Shown: positions 23,117 to 35,236 of the stretch, piece by piece
How the letters are laid out: each line of letters starts with the position of its first letter
Position numbering within the stretch: the stretch's first letter is position 1
Source: Schizochytrium sp. TIO01
Taxonomy: Eukaryota; Protista; Bigyra: Labyrinthulomycetes
DNA length: 64,000 bases
Assembly: GCA_004764695.1 (NCBI GenBank)
Contig: SMSO01000014.1
Location: 6,376,029-6,440,028, forward strand
Reading direction: 5' to 3'
Program-made: the position numbers and the translations under genes
Notes under the pieces: generated by a model
The model's input: only the letters and a program-made list of their open reading frames with translations
Told to the model about the DNA's origin: nothing
Database searches by the model: none

Positions 23117-23305
23117 AGGGGCACACTACCGTTTGCGCTATGTGGCCCTAGCGCGGTCGACTGATTGATCGCGAAAACCTCGCCGTCTTAGCCTCCCAGA
23201 TAGACGAAACCCTTAGGAGTCGCTGTAGGTACGTACCTTCGCTCTTCCGCGATAGAGTACACAGCGGTAAGAGTGGCTTATGCCCTCTTAGTACATAGTA
23301 TGTAA
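23117..23305. ncRNA. Candidate structured non-coding element (unassigned)
   Basis: At least six hairpins plus 5'/3' end complementarity within ~190 nt of GC-richer sequence, with an AT-rich left flank. It matches no RNA family I recognise. Confidence 0.3.
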
Positions 23306-23528
23306 AGAAACTAAGTAAGTACCCGAATCAACTGAATATGAAAGGAAACTAAGCCAAAGTAAAATTCACTGAGTACAGGTAAAACATCGACCAATGAGCC
23401 GTGGCCAAGAGCGCAGCAGCACAGCAGCAAAGGCCACCTCGGCTTGAGCACCACGGCCCGAGCCTAATACCAGTGGCTTGAGCAGCACGAGACAAGATTG
23501 ATTGTGCAATTGCCCATATCCGCTGTTT

Positions 23529-23530
<2 letters not shown>

Positions 23531-23582
<52 letters not shown>
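23531..23582 (+). repeat. (ATT)n microsatellite
   Basis: Directly visible. Confidence 0.95.
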
Positions 23583-23583
<1 letters not shown>

Positions 23584-23714
23584 GAGCATGGTAGAATACA
23601 TTAGTGATAACGCTAGCAGTAGGTTTGGGTTTTATTTTTCGAGTCTCCAATTTTCATTCGAGTTTGTTGATCTTTCATGGTTGTGCTAATTAAGTTTATC
23701 AAAAACTAAAACAA

Positions 23715-23780
23715 TGTATGAATGTGTGAATGTATGAATGTATGAGTGTATGATTGTATGAGTGTATGAATGTATGTATG
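23715..23780 (+). repeat. Degenerate 8-mer tandem repeat (TGTATGAR)n
   Basis: Units tgtatgaa, tgtgtgaa, tgtatgag and tgtatgat in tandem. Confidence 0.85.
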
Positions 23781-23977
23781 TGCGTAGAGAGGCCTATGCT
23801 AAGAAGGTAACGAAGACTACTTAAACTTTGAGAGGAACGTGAATGTATTGAGAGACAGGATTGGAAAAGAACAGAACGGGTAGAACGAATAGAGAAGAGG
23901 AAAGAAGAGACCGCTCAAGCAAGCTGCGTTGAGAGCATTCAATCAATCTACTTCGCGCCGCTTCGCCTCGACTCCGC

Positions 23978-24008
23978 GCGAGCGAGCGAGCGAGCGAGCG
24001 AGAGCGAG
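23978..24008 (+). repeat. (GCGA)n repeat within a GC-rich island upstream of EDC4
   Basis: gcgagcgagcgagcgagcgagcgagagcgag, in the probable promoter/5' UTR region. Confidence 0.85.
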
Positions 24009-24487
24009 TCTCCCTCGTTCGGATTTCCTCGCCGCCTGCCGCCTCCTCGGACAGCCGCGAGAGCAAGATCACGCGGCCCGCGACTACCGCGGCCGCCGCG
24101 CATTGGGTCTCTGTATCTCTCTATCTGTCAATCTATCTTATTAGTTGTTGAGCGCGCTCGCTGTGCTCTTCGACGGCTTAGTTTTGCAAGGCCTCAACCT
24201 CGAACACACGTTCGAGCACCGAGAAGCACAGACTTGGGGCCCAAGTCCGTGTATTTGAGACCTTTGAGAAGAAGTATTGCGAAAGCCCAGACACCTGGAC
24301 TTTTGCGAGCAAACCTATAGAGATACATACCTTCGTGCAGCCGTTCACAGCAACGCGCGATCGAAGTTCTCTCAGCTGTGCACAGTAGGACTCATTCAGA
24401 TACACTCATTCGACAAGTTGAAGGTCGAGGCTTAGGTAGAGCAACAGAAGCAGTAGAAGCAGCAACGGTTTAAATTCTTGATTCAAA

Positions 24488-27450
24488 ATGTCGAGCAAAT
24501 CCAATCTTCTCAACGAGCTCTTCAAGGACCTTGCCACTGGTCCTCGTCAGCTTGCTGGTGGCCCTAAACCTCCTGCGGCACCTCTCTCCAAAGACCCGAA
24601 GGGTGTCTCAAACGTCGACTCCAACGGTGCCTCAAACCAGGCGAACAACACCAACAACCAGCAGCGGATGCGAACGGGAAGCGTCGCGAGCTCCTCCACA
24701 GCTACAACTCCGCCTCCAATGTCGGTGAACCGTGTGGACAGCGATGTATCTTCGTCTGCTGTACTCGCAGCCCCAACGATGCCTTCTCGAAGCCACTCCG
24801 GCACTGCCCTGCAGGTCTTCGCTAAGGCATCTTCGTACGTGGCTAAGACCTCCGCTGCTAAAGCTCTCAAGGCGACGACCATCACGCTCGTCAAGGCCGA
24901 CCCTTCGCAAGTGAGCATGGGCGCTCGCGTAGCTAGCAGTGGTAAATTCATCACGTACGCCAACAAGGCAGGCATGGTGCGCGTGATCCACACGGAATCC
25001 GTCCACACGGGCCTCCTTCGAGGCCACGCAGAGCCCATTGCTGATATGAAGTTCTGCCCGAACCAAGACTCGCTCGTGGCCACAGTTTCCTCGGACGGCT
25101 TCGCAATCGTGTGGGAGCTCAGGCACATGCCAGAGACCGGCAAGGTTGAGTTTAGAGAGGCTATCCGCCTCCACACGAGTAGACCCGAGGAGCCATTCCA
25201 CGGCGTGGAATGGCACGCCACTAACCAGCGCGTGTTTTCGCTGATGCATGGCAACACTATCTCTGTTGTCATGCTTAGCTCCAAACTCTGGAGCGCACAG
25301 CAGGCGGCAGGTCAGGAAGGTATTCCAATTGAGAATGCTCGTTGCGCGTATGCTCAGTTTGCAGGCAATAGCCCGGGCGGACGTGTGCTCAGCGCAAGCT
25401 TTTCAGCTGATGGAAACACCCTTTTAGCAGGCTGTGCGGACGGAACAGTGGCAGGACTCAATGCGTCATCGCTCATGGAGGATGCGGACAGCACGCCTCT
25501 GTCGACGTTGTGGCAGTTATCGGCTGGAGATGGACTTGGTGTATCGCTGTGTAGGTTTCTTAACAGGGGAGATCACTTTCTGCTCACAGCAGTTCGAGGC
25601 AACACCCTTCTAAGGCTGTGGACCTGGGACTCTGGTTCAGTAAAGTACAAACCTTCTCACGAACTTAAGCTCGCGGATGGTGGTCCTCTGTACTCAGCTG
25701 CAGTGGACTCTACTGGGCAGTATGTATTCGTTGGAATTCCCCAACGCAATGTACTTTTGTGCTCCAAGCTTGACACTACTGCAGTGCAACTCGAGCAGCC
25801 TGTGGAATACGAGCTGGACTGCCCTGTGCTTAGCTTTGCTACACGTCGGAGTGCCCCCGAGACCGAGGAGATTTTGTGCCAACAGACCAATGGTATCCAG
25901 TTCTTTTCGTTCTCGCCTGCAGCAGACTATGAGCAGGTGCGACGCCAGTCACCGTCGCCCGTAATTGCATCTCCGGTGCCCACCATGCCTGGTGGTCGTT
26001 CCACCCGCGAGCGTCAGGATAGCGGCCTCATGACACCTGACCAGCTTCAACATCAGCAGCAACAGCAACAGCAGCAACAACAACAGCCCAAAGCTCAGCA
26101 GCAGCAGCAACAACAACAGCAACAGCCTCAGCAGCCTCAGCAAGTCCAACAGGCTCCGCAAGTGCAGCAACCCCAGCATCAACCGCAACCGGTCATGTAT
26201 AGCCAGCAAGCTATGCCTATGCACCACATGCAGCAGGCTAACGGCATGATGTACGGGGCTGGAATCGGCAATCTGGACGAGGCCCTGGCCAGGCACTTGA
26301 GTGCTCTGGAGGCTCGTCAAAAAGAGGTCGCTGACGCCCAGGCTCAAACCTCCCTCGCACAGCAGAAGGGTCTCCTCGAAGTCCTGGCCAAGTCTCTTGG
26401 AGAGATTCCAGAAAATATTGATGACGCTGTGAAGGAGGCGTTCGAGGACGAAGAAGCTGCCGCCGCTCTTGCCGACGCTCTTCTTGTTAAGATTACCCCT
26501 GCCCTAGGATCTGCATTAACAGAGGCCATGGATACTCAGTCTGCAAGCAAGTTCAATGCTGTTGATGCCGTCGCAGCTAAGGTAGCTCAGGCGCTGCGCA
26601 AACCGGCACAGGAGGCATTCTCTGAGGCCATGCGGGTTTCTTTTATTCCTGCCTTCGAGGCTGGTTGTAACAATCTTTTGACACAGTTCCAGCAAGCGGC
26701 ACAACAACTCCAAGCTGCTACTTCAAGCAACGAGTCTGCCCTTGCACAGCAACTCCAGCAGGTTCGAGAGCGCCAGTCAAGCATGGAGTCCACTCTGCAG
26801 CGCATCGAGGCCATGCTTTCTGCATCAAACGGTCGCATGCAGCAGCAGCAACAATCGCCCTCACCGCCTCACCAACAGCAACATCAACAACCATGCAACA
26901 CACCCCTCCTCCCCAGCACACTCCCTCTCCGAACCTCCCATACCAGCAGCACCAGCAACACCAGCAGCACCAGCAAGGCGCAGTACGAAACAGTGCTACG
27001 TCCAAACCAATTTTCGGTGATATTATGTCGCATGTCTCGAATGGCAACTACGAAGGAGCTTTCCTCATGGCACTTAGTGAATCTGATCTTGATCTTGTGG
27101 TCGCAACGTGCAGCTTGGTTGACCCAGAGCGTGTTTTTGGCGGTGACCGGGGTCGTGTTGCACTAAGCCAACGCGTGCTGCTCGCTCTTGTCCAGCAGCT
27201 TAGCGTGGATCTTACTGTTGAGACGCCGCTCAAGTTGCAGTGGATGCAGCGCGGCGCACTGGCGTTGGACCCAAGTGACCCTGATGTTGGTATTCACGTA
27301 GCCCGGGTTATGTCGGATGTGCGAAGCCACATGGAGCAACAGCGCCCTTACATTGTGCAACCGGAAGGCACGGGCGCGTCTCCGAACCGATCTCTCTTTG
27401 AAATGTGCCTCAATATTGTTTCCTCTCGTGCCTCCACGCAGGCCTTTTAG
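24488..27450 (+). CDS. EDC4: Enhancer of mRNA decapping 4 (Ge-1/VARICOSE); frame break at ~26891
   Basis: WD40 N-terminus (FITYANKAGMVRVIH..GLLRGHAEPIADMKF), poly-Q linker and helical FIPAFEAGCNNLLTQF. The Ge-1 C-terminal domain (GNYEGAFLMALSESDLDLVVATC...LSQRVLLALVQQLSVDL...KLQWMQ) lies in ORF 26893-27450. Adding one C at CC 26891-26892 joins the frames (QQP/MQH). Confidence 0.9.
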
Positions 27451-27823
27451 CTCTTCTTATAGCGGACCCTGACTTATTCTTCATACAGAATCATAAAAAA
27501 GCAAAACAAGATTCGTCATCTATATTCCCTCTGCTTTGCGTTGAAGAAGGTAGCATCCTTGATCCATGAACCTCTACTGCTCCAGCGCTTAAATTACGGA
27601 TGGGTAACACAGGCCCCTGTCGTCACCCTTTTTCGCTTATGGAAAAAGGGTGCGAATGAACGTATAATGACTGTTTTAAAACCTGCCATAATAATAGAGA
27701 TTTAAAAAATGCAAGTCCTTGGCTAGGCAAGTGTAGATGCTTTGTTACGTCACAAACATGAATTGATATGAGAGTTGTACAGCTGGTAGAACAAAAGAGA
27801 ATATAAATTTTCAATTATAAGAC

Positions 27824-27869
27824 TAACTAGCAGCTGAAAAGCGCGTTAACTAGCAGCTAGATAGCGCGT
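27824..27869 (+). repeat. 23-bp tandem duplication
   Basis: taactagcagctgaaaagcgcgt followed by taactagcagctagatagcgcgt. Confidence 0.8.
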
Positions 27870-28324
27870 GTCACCTCAAAGAAAGAACAGAGCTTTCATG
27901 TGTATTCCTTTCCACCGCGAGATCAACGCTTTGCTGAAAGGAACAAAAGAAATTTAGAAGACTAAGTGCCAACAATTACCCTTGTTAGCTCAGGCGTTTT
28001 GTACAAAAGTTCAAGCAAGTTATAGTCTAACATCCTTGAACCTGACAACAAAAGGTAAATAAGTTACCACTTGAACAGTCTAAAAATGAAAGAAAGTTTA
28101 ACAACTCTCGAAAACCTTACGTTTTAAAGTTGTTTTTCTTTGTAATCTTTCTCATTAAAAGAACACGATATACAAACCGTCTTGAATGGCACTGTCTCGT
28201 GGTTTCCACTATCAAAGAAAAAAAAAAAAAAGAGCACATAACGTTAAGACTGTCGGAATCTTTTTTAGTTAGGCTGCTCTGTGCAACCCATGAAAGTAAT
28301 AATGAGCACTCAGTTTACTGCCCC

Positions 28325-31221
28325 TTACTCGTGGGAATAATCGTGCGCATCTCGTTGACAAATAGGACATTTGGCATTATCTAAAAGCCAGCGAACGATG
28401 CAATCTGAATGAAAACGACTGTGTTGTAAAGTATACCGAAAGTTGAAACAAGAGTTAGTGATAATTCTTTTCCTTGATGATTGGGAAAATGGCCTTCAAG
28501 ACACACTACCTTTCTTCATAGACACAGGTAAATTTAAATTTGGCAGGGAAAACTTACTGAAAACATGGTAATGTGCGTAGGCAATCGCCGTCGCAGTAGT
28601 CACCCAGGCAAATAAGACAATTCATTTGATCACCTTGGTAATTACCCAGACGATATTCATGTTCAGGGAGACGCAAAATTTCTCGTTCACTCATGCCCAT
28701 GCTGCGGCGTCGTCGCAATCCCGAGTTATCTGCGAACTGCACTGTCAGCATGCTTGCGAACAATTGTTCCATCAAAGATTCCTCGCGGCCGCTTCCACCT
28801 CGTAACATTGAAACTCGCGGTGCATTATCTGTGATGGCATCACCTGATTCATCAACGCTGCCACCAGACGGCAAGTTAAATCTAACCTGTGCATCGTCAT
28901 CGCCACGAGCCCCAAGAGTGAAGCGAACATTGCGACGAGAGACCCGGCGTGAGGGTGAGCGATCATCGAAGCCCTCTAGACTCTGAATGACAAAGTTTTG
29001 TACTGCTTGATCGGCCTCTGCCTCTGAACTACACCCTGCGAGGCTCATGCCTAACCGTCGTTCAATATCTCGACGTTCAGTGATACGAAGCGCACCAAGA
29101 ACTTCACATACAGATTGAACACGCGCTTCAAAAGCTGGACCTTCATTGAAAACTGTGCTTAAGGCACCACTTGTTGGTGATAATTGTTCACCCTCAGTCA
29201 AAGTGGCTCGATCTCCCGCTGGCTCTAATTCCGTATCTTCACTATTCTCGCCTTGTATCGCCAAATCGTCATTTGCGGGTGCTTTCGGCTGACGCTGTGC
29301 CATGGGTTGTCCCAGCTGCGGGGCCAGGTGCAGGAGCAGGAATGGAAATAGGCGACCCCGATCGGACACTGCTGTGGTCGAAATCATCATGGAAATTAGA
29401 TTTTTCTTCGTCACTTGTATGCCCCTCGTTATTGTTTCTGGCATCATCATCGTCTTCTGCTTCTGTTGTAGAAGTCGAGTCAACGAATCCACAGCCAGCA
29501 GCACGATCTCCAGAAGAAGAACTCTCAGCAATTTCCTGAACCATTGTGTTTACCGAAGGCGAAGCGCGCGCTTGCAACGAACAGAGGGCGCAGGTTAGAG
29601 TTTTTGACGATACATGGCGAGAGGATATGCGATTAATCCCACCACGTCCTAACCCGGAGCCCAACGTGCTATTCACGTCTCCCTGCTGAATATACTGTAA
29701 ATGCCCGCAAGAATCATTCGAGCATTTGAACTGCATAGGCGGAAGAGGCTGCTGCATGTCAAGTGGTGGTACTGAAGCTGAGCCGTCTGCACCTCCGTAA
29801 CCACTGAGGTTTTCTTCAGTACGAAAGCCCCGAGGGCCTTCAAGTTCGACAGCTCGATCCCTAGCTTGCATGCCAAAAACACATGAAATCTGAAAATTAT
29901 CATCTAACGTGTTCGCCAAACTCAGTACGTCGATTGAATTTTTGGGGACATTAACTAACACAAGTTGTTCTCCTTCGGGGTATTGATCATATATGGCTGC
30001 ATCCTCCACAGGTTCTGCGCTTGCCACATTCACATGCACCTGGAAAAGTACGCGGCCGGGCTGCCCGGGTTCTAAATGGTACACTTTTAACACAACGTCA
30101 CGATCTACGCGACGATTGATGTCAAAAGCAACATCAGCAGTCATTGAGTAAAGTGCTGGGCGAATTCCTTGCACCATCGTTGAATGTAAGAAATCGCTCT
30201 GATCTCCATTCATGACCATGATGTAGGGTCGACAGCCACGTTGTGCTCCTAAATGTTCGGAGAGAACACGCGGCGCATGTGAAAGAATTACTTTACGTAA
30301 AATCATCCGTCTCCAGCGTGTTGTCTCTGCGTCGAATGGGACGGCAGGGCGCAAATAGCCCATTGTGCCCACTACACGTAGTGCACTTGCTGATACATCG
30401 TGTTCGTCATTTGTAGAGCCTTTTGAGGAATTGTTAGAGCCACGGCTCCACCGCCTAACAGCACTGTTTCCTTTTGTTCTAACCTTTATGCGTGTGTTTT
30501 TATTACATCGCGACAGGGGGTTGTTATCGTTTGACGGGCTCGACGTTGTGGTTTCAGTGGCATGAGCGCTTGTGCTTGTCAGTTGCAAGCTATTCACGCC
30601 ACGAGCACGGGCCTGTCCAAACATAGAGAGCGCCGAACAAATGTCGGCACTTCGTCCCTGGGATGAAGAGCTGTACAGGACACAAGCTATTGCTAAGAAT
30701 GCAAGGTGTGCTTCTGAAGAAGCAAGGACTACGGCAACCCGGCCAGGCGCTTCACGAGTCCAGAAGATAACCTTGCGGGCATCATCCATACAGAAACAGG
30801 GAGCAACAATACCAGTACGGCCGGGGTCTCCTGAGGAGGTGATATGCAAAGCATCATTAGGGAAGACAGTCTCGAGACCACATTGGTCACTAGTCATTCC
30901 GAAAGAGAATATCGCAAAAGAACGCTTGCTGCGAGCAAGCCCCTGTGCAACGCGTTTCAGTGAGGATTGAAAACGATTAATTTGCGAGGCCGATGGGGAT
31001 GCGCCAGCTTCGTCTTCTTTCTTGACAATCTCGTATAGCTGTTGCGCCTGACGATTCTGCAATATTAGGATCTGGGGTGTAAGTGCCGTCAAGCCGTAAT
31101 GGCTCCATTTTGGATTCGGCTGACCACCATTGCGCTCGCGACTTGATGCAAATTCACGAATCTTTGACCAAAAAGATCGCTTGGGGCTCTGTTTCGTCTC
31201 AAGTTCCTCTGTGCCAACCAT
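28325..31221 (-). CDS. PTEN/tensin-like pseudophosphatase + C2-tensin + C4 Zn ribbon + RING-H2 (putative E3 ligase); exons 31221-28558 and 28418-28325, +1 frame break at ~29272
   Basis: YGLTALTPQILIL and WTREAPGRVAVVLASSEAHLAFLAIACVL..ALSMFGQAR align by eye to the PTEN phosphatase fold. MILRKVILSHAP..GCRPYIMV..VDRDVVLKVYH..LFQVHVN is a tensin-type C2 domain. The spliced RING-H2 reads CLIC...[29 protein letters not shown]. Confidence 0.8.
28419..28557 (-). other. Spliceosomal GT-AG intron (139 nt, phase 2) within the RING-H2 domain
   Basis: Donor CA|GTAAGT at 28557, branch-like CACTAAC at 28460-28454, acceptor ACACAG|T at 28419. Splicing restores the His codon and all eight RING-H2 ligands. 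Confidence 0.92.
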
Positions 31222-32439
31222 AGTTGTAGGTTGGATGCACTAATTAGTTTAATTAAATTCTGCCAGGCTAAATAGTCGTCCTTCTCCTTCTCCTCTTCCA
31301 CAAAATCCAAGCTTGTAAAGTCTCTAGGCAACCTAGCGTTTACAGAAGACTTCAGAGATGTCTGGGTCCTTCGTAGAATTTCTTGCAATATGCGCGTTGC
31401 CTTTTAAGATCGTGTTGAGATTTCGTAAAACCAAATCAAAGACAGAAAGAAAACGACAATTCCAATTCCTTCTCAGGAACCAGCAACAACACCCACACTC
31501 CCAAAATTAAGCGCCGCCGAGCGAACAACCTACCCTTTCAAGGATATTTTCGCAATAAGAAATGACCCTGCTCGTCTCCCTGGCAATTTGCGAACCTCGG
31601 TTGATCAAAGCAATGGAAGCTTCTGCAAAAAGAGAGAAAGGTGAAGGTGGCTTTTAATAGAAATGCTCGATGGCGGAAATTGCGCCTCGGGTCTGCTGCT
31701 AGGAGGGTCTACGAAAGCAGCGGCGGCAGACGTCGTTGGGAGGGACCAAGCCGTTCGAACTAGGGTTTGGGAGGGACGGTGTCTAGGCAACGGTGCCGGA
31801 GCGAAGCTTCCTGCTCCGCGAAGGCGTTCTCCGGCGCGTCCTCGAAGTCGTTCTGCGCTTTCCGCTCCGGACCGGATTCGAGCCCCCGCATATTTATCCG
31901 ACCAACTTCTTTCAATATTATCCCAATCTACCCTACACTTATTTACCGATACTTTACATTTATTACTGTTAAAATATTTGTTTTTGTTTTACCGAAGGGG
32001 TTATGTTGAAATATATACTGTCTATTCGGCGAAATTAAAGCAAAGAGCGGAAAGTGCAGATATTATTTCGGCGAAATAAAATTCGGCTCTGAGGAGAAAC
32101 AAGGAGAGAGAGAGAGAGAGTTCGGAGAAACATGATTTGCCGGTAGTGCATCGTCGAAACAGTACTAGCAGGTACATGTGCAAGGGAGCCAGAAGCAGAA
32201 GCTTTGTCGCGAGGCCAGGCGTCCCAGGGAGATGAAAGCCACCAAGGACCTTCCCTGCTCCGACACCCTCTGCTCCAACTTTCTTCCCGACTGATTTGCT
32301 GTTTGATGAGCCAATACACCGTGTGAACCATCGACAACACGTTTGGTTTGGCCTAATTTACCTTTTCACATAGCCCAGAGAAAAGAATGTTTTAAATTAA
32401 AAAAGGTGAACAGAGCATCATTGACAAATTAAAATTAAT

Positions 32440-33645
32440 TCGCCCATGGGCATCAGAACTTTACACGCCAGAGCTCTGGCAAGACAAAGATCTCACCTCT
32501 CTCGAGTTGGGAAGGTCGTGGAAAGCTGACGGGGTCAAGCGGCAGGCACGGTTCGTGCGTTTGCGATTCAAACTGACGTTAGAGGCCACGGAGGAAGGGA
32601 GTTGCGCGCATCGATGGATGGCTGACTTGAACGCTCAAGATGGCGCTGACGCGTAGTGCTCATCGATACCGAAAGGACATCGGTAAGGTGGGCAGCGTCA
32701 GCCCGATGTCAAAGCTTGGTTCAGGTTGTGGTGAAAATACTGATTGGGTTTCCAGCTGCAATTCTTGCTTGCACTGCAAAGTTTGTGTATCTACTGCTTT
32801 TTTAATGTCTAGTGCATGTTATGGTCACAAACGACTCGACAAAGTGCACTGCATAAGAAACGAAACGAAAGACCGTAGGATCTCTGGGTCTCATCGAGGG
32901 GCCTTTCATCTCATTCTCATGCAGACTTTGGGGGCGCTGGCCTACTGCCGGGTGTATGTCTTCAGCTTTCAGCGCTTCGGAGTTGTGCCGCAATGCCGCA
33001 GCAACTCTGGAGTAAGTTCGCCGCATGTCCAAAAAAGGGACTGGTCTCACGTTTACTACCAGTTATCTTGAATTTTACTTGAGCAGAGCCATCGTGGATG
33101 GTAAATCCTGCAGCGAGGTCTGCCAAGAGCCACTCTAAAGGCGCTGTAATTCCATGTGATAACTTTACCAACTAAAGGCCACGACCTTTGAAACCTACCT
33201 CCAGAACGACGTCGATAACAGCAGCGCAGCCGCCGCCGCCTTTGCCAACTTTCCTCGCTGCATCAGAGACGCCGAAGAGAGTCGCAACCAGAACTTAGGT
33301 TCTCGTGTATCTGCAGAGCTCGCTCTCACTCATTCTTGCCACAAAGGTACCTCTGCAGTAGGTGCAGCGGCACTTATCTTCTGCAGTCCACAGTGCGCAA
33401 TCCTTCACGTTGTGCCGTGTACCGACACATCGGTGGCATCGCTTCCGCAAACGTAAGGAAGACAAGGCCAGGCCTGGTCCCGGAGGCCAGTGGGCCTTCG
33501 CAGGCAGTCGAAGTGGGCCTCACCGTGGACCCTGCGCCCTGTTCATTGTCTGCGCAGATTAGACGGTCCTCGGGAGCCCTTCAACTTCGAGCGAGCCCCG
33601 TCTTGCGAGCAGCTCTACAACGGCCTCTTCAGACAAACATAATAC
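32440..33645 (+). pseudogene. Possible decayed protein-coding relic, family unidentified
   Basis: A ~1.2-kb GC-richer island between AT-rich flanks. Coding-like plus-strand fragments are broken by stops and frame changes (ELWQDKDLTSLELGRSWKADG, SYLEFYLSRAIVDG, TTFETYLQNDVDN, REPFNFERAPSCEQLYNGLF). Confidence 0.3.
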
Positions 33646-35236
33646 CAATGAACTTCATTTTAATTTAATATTTCATCATTTTTGGAAAGGAGCTGTATTT
33701 AATTTGAATACCTTTATTAAAATAAAAAAATAAATAAAAATGAAAAGCTATCGCTGTTGTTTAAAAGTTTTTCCTTTCCTTTCATCAATAAAATAGAAGA
33801 CTTAATGGGAAAGTATGATAAAAGCAGAGGACAATGATCAAGCAAGCTCCGCCTCGTTTCTTGCCGTTCTGTTCTTCGCAAAGAGAACTGTTAACGGGCT
33901 ATTACTGATACCGTTACAAGGGCTTATGAGAAGATCAGGTGTCAGCTAGGCGTTTCCTATTGGCTGCTAGATAGACATAGAGGACTAGCACTAAAAAGAA
34001 AGGTATGATGCCATGATGACGAGCAACGAAAGAAAGTAGGTAGGACCTACATAATGCTTACTAATAAAGTCACTGATGCTCAAGATTTAAAAAGATGATA
34101 GATAGATACATAGATAGTACATACATAAATACATACATACATACATAGATTGATTGATTGTGTAGAAATCTGTGCAGGCTACACGAGGGAAGGAGCGAAA
34201 AGGGTGGAGGAGTGAAGACGCTTATCTGCTTGCTTATTAGTTCCTCTGGCTTCGTCAACTTTGTTCTCAGTTCTTTCTTGGGCATTTCGTTTCGTCTGTT
34301 CATATGTAATCTGATCCTTAGCTCTTTTTTCTTCCGAGTTCTTTTATATATTATTACTGGTATTAAGTTTATAGTAATGATTCTTGCTTTAAAAATAAAA
34401 GAAAAATGAAATAAAGAATAAAAGAAAATACGAAAAAGGCTCTTCATTATTGTTTAACTCATTAAAGAAACTTGAAAGAACTTTAATATCTATTGCTAGT
34501 GTGAACAAGTAGGTAGCCACATAGAACCTCAACAAGTGAACTAAACTAAAGTGATTTCGATTTCTTTCCGTTCGAGTCGACTTTGAAGATGGCAACTCCT
34601 AGGTCTTGACGAACAGTGGTGGAGGCGATGGCAACAACTTCAACTTCGAGCTTCACGCTCCCTCAGATTGCCTAAGGGCGCAGGCTTTTCTCTCATAACC
34701 TCTTGAAGCTTTCCCTAACTTCCCTCCAAAACTCGAGCTAGCTAGTGAGTGAGCACAATGATCTGCCTCGCGAAGAACTGCAGAGAAGCGCGTTCTGGCT
34801 TCTACCTACTGTCTACATAGCGCCTCCTAAGTAGGTAGCAATCTAGATAGGTATTTTCAGAAGAAAAACTTCTTTCATGGAAAGAACTTGGGTAGTGTAC
34901 CTTAAAGTAAACCATAGGAGGGGCCTTGAAAGGGAGGAACCAGCGAGAGAAGCTCTCATAATACCAAAGGGCAAAAACTCAAGTTTTTCATCATAGAACA
35001 AAAGTAGTGTATAGTATGGCGTATCTATCACCTATATCTCTGTCTATCTATCGTACCATCAGTAGATAGATAGTAGACGAGTTACTGCTAGCTGGGGTCC
35101 TAGAAGCCCTATATAATGCCTCCTAAAGATAGAGAGGAAAGGTTTTGGAAGGACTTGGAGAGGATAAAGAGAAAGAAGTTAGAAAGAAAGATTTGTTGTA
35201 AGTCAGAGAAACGATTTTGCGGTTTATGGATTTAAG

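Noticed and set aside
23160-23222. Canonical hammerhead ribozyme or telomerase RNA assignment for the structured element
   Set aside because: The core reads CTGATTGA rather than CTGANGA and is not adjacent to the stem before GAAAC. No 1.5-repeat telomeric template is present.
23400-23500. Minus-strand LKPLVLGSGRGAQAEV resembling a kinase glycine loop
   Set aside because: Too short, and no other kinase subdomains follow.
24547-25284. Long antisense ORFs within EDC4 (similar ones occur inside PDS5 and BEACH)
   Set aside because: Typical shadow ORFs of GC-rich coding sequence, with no motifs.
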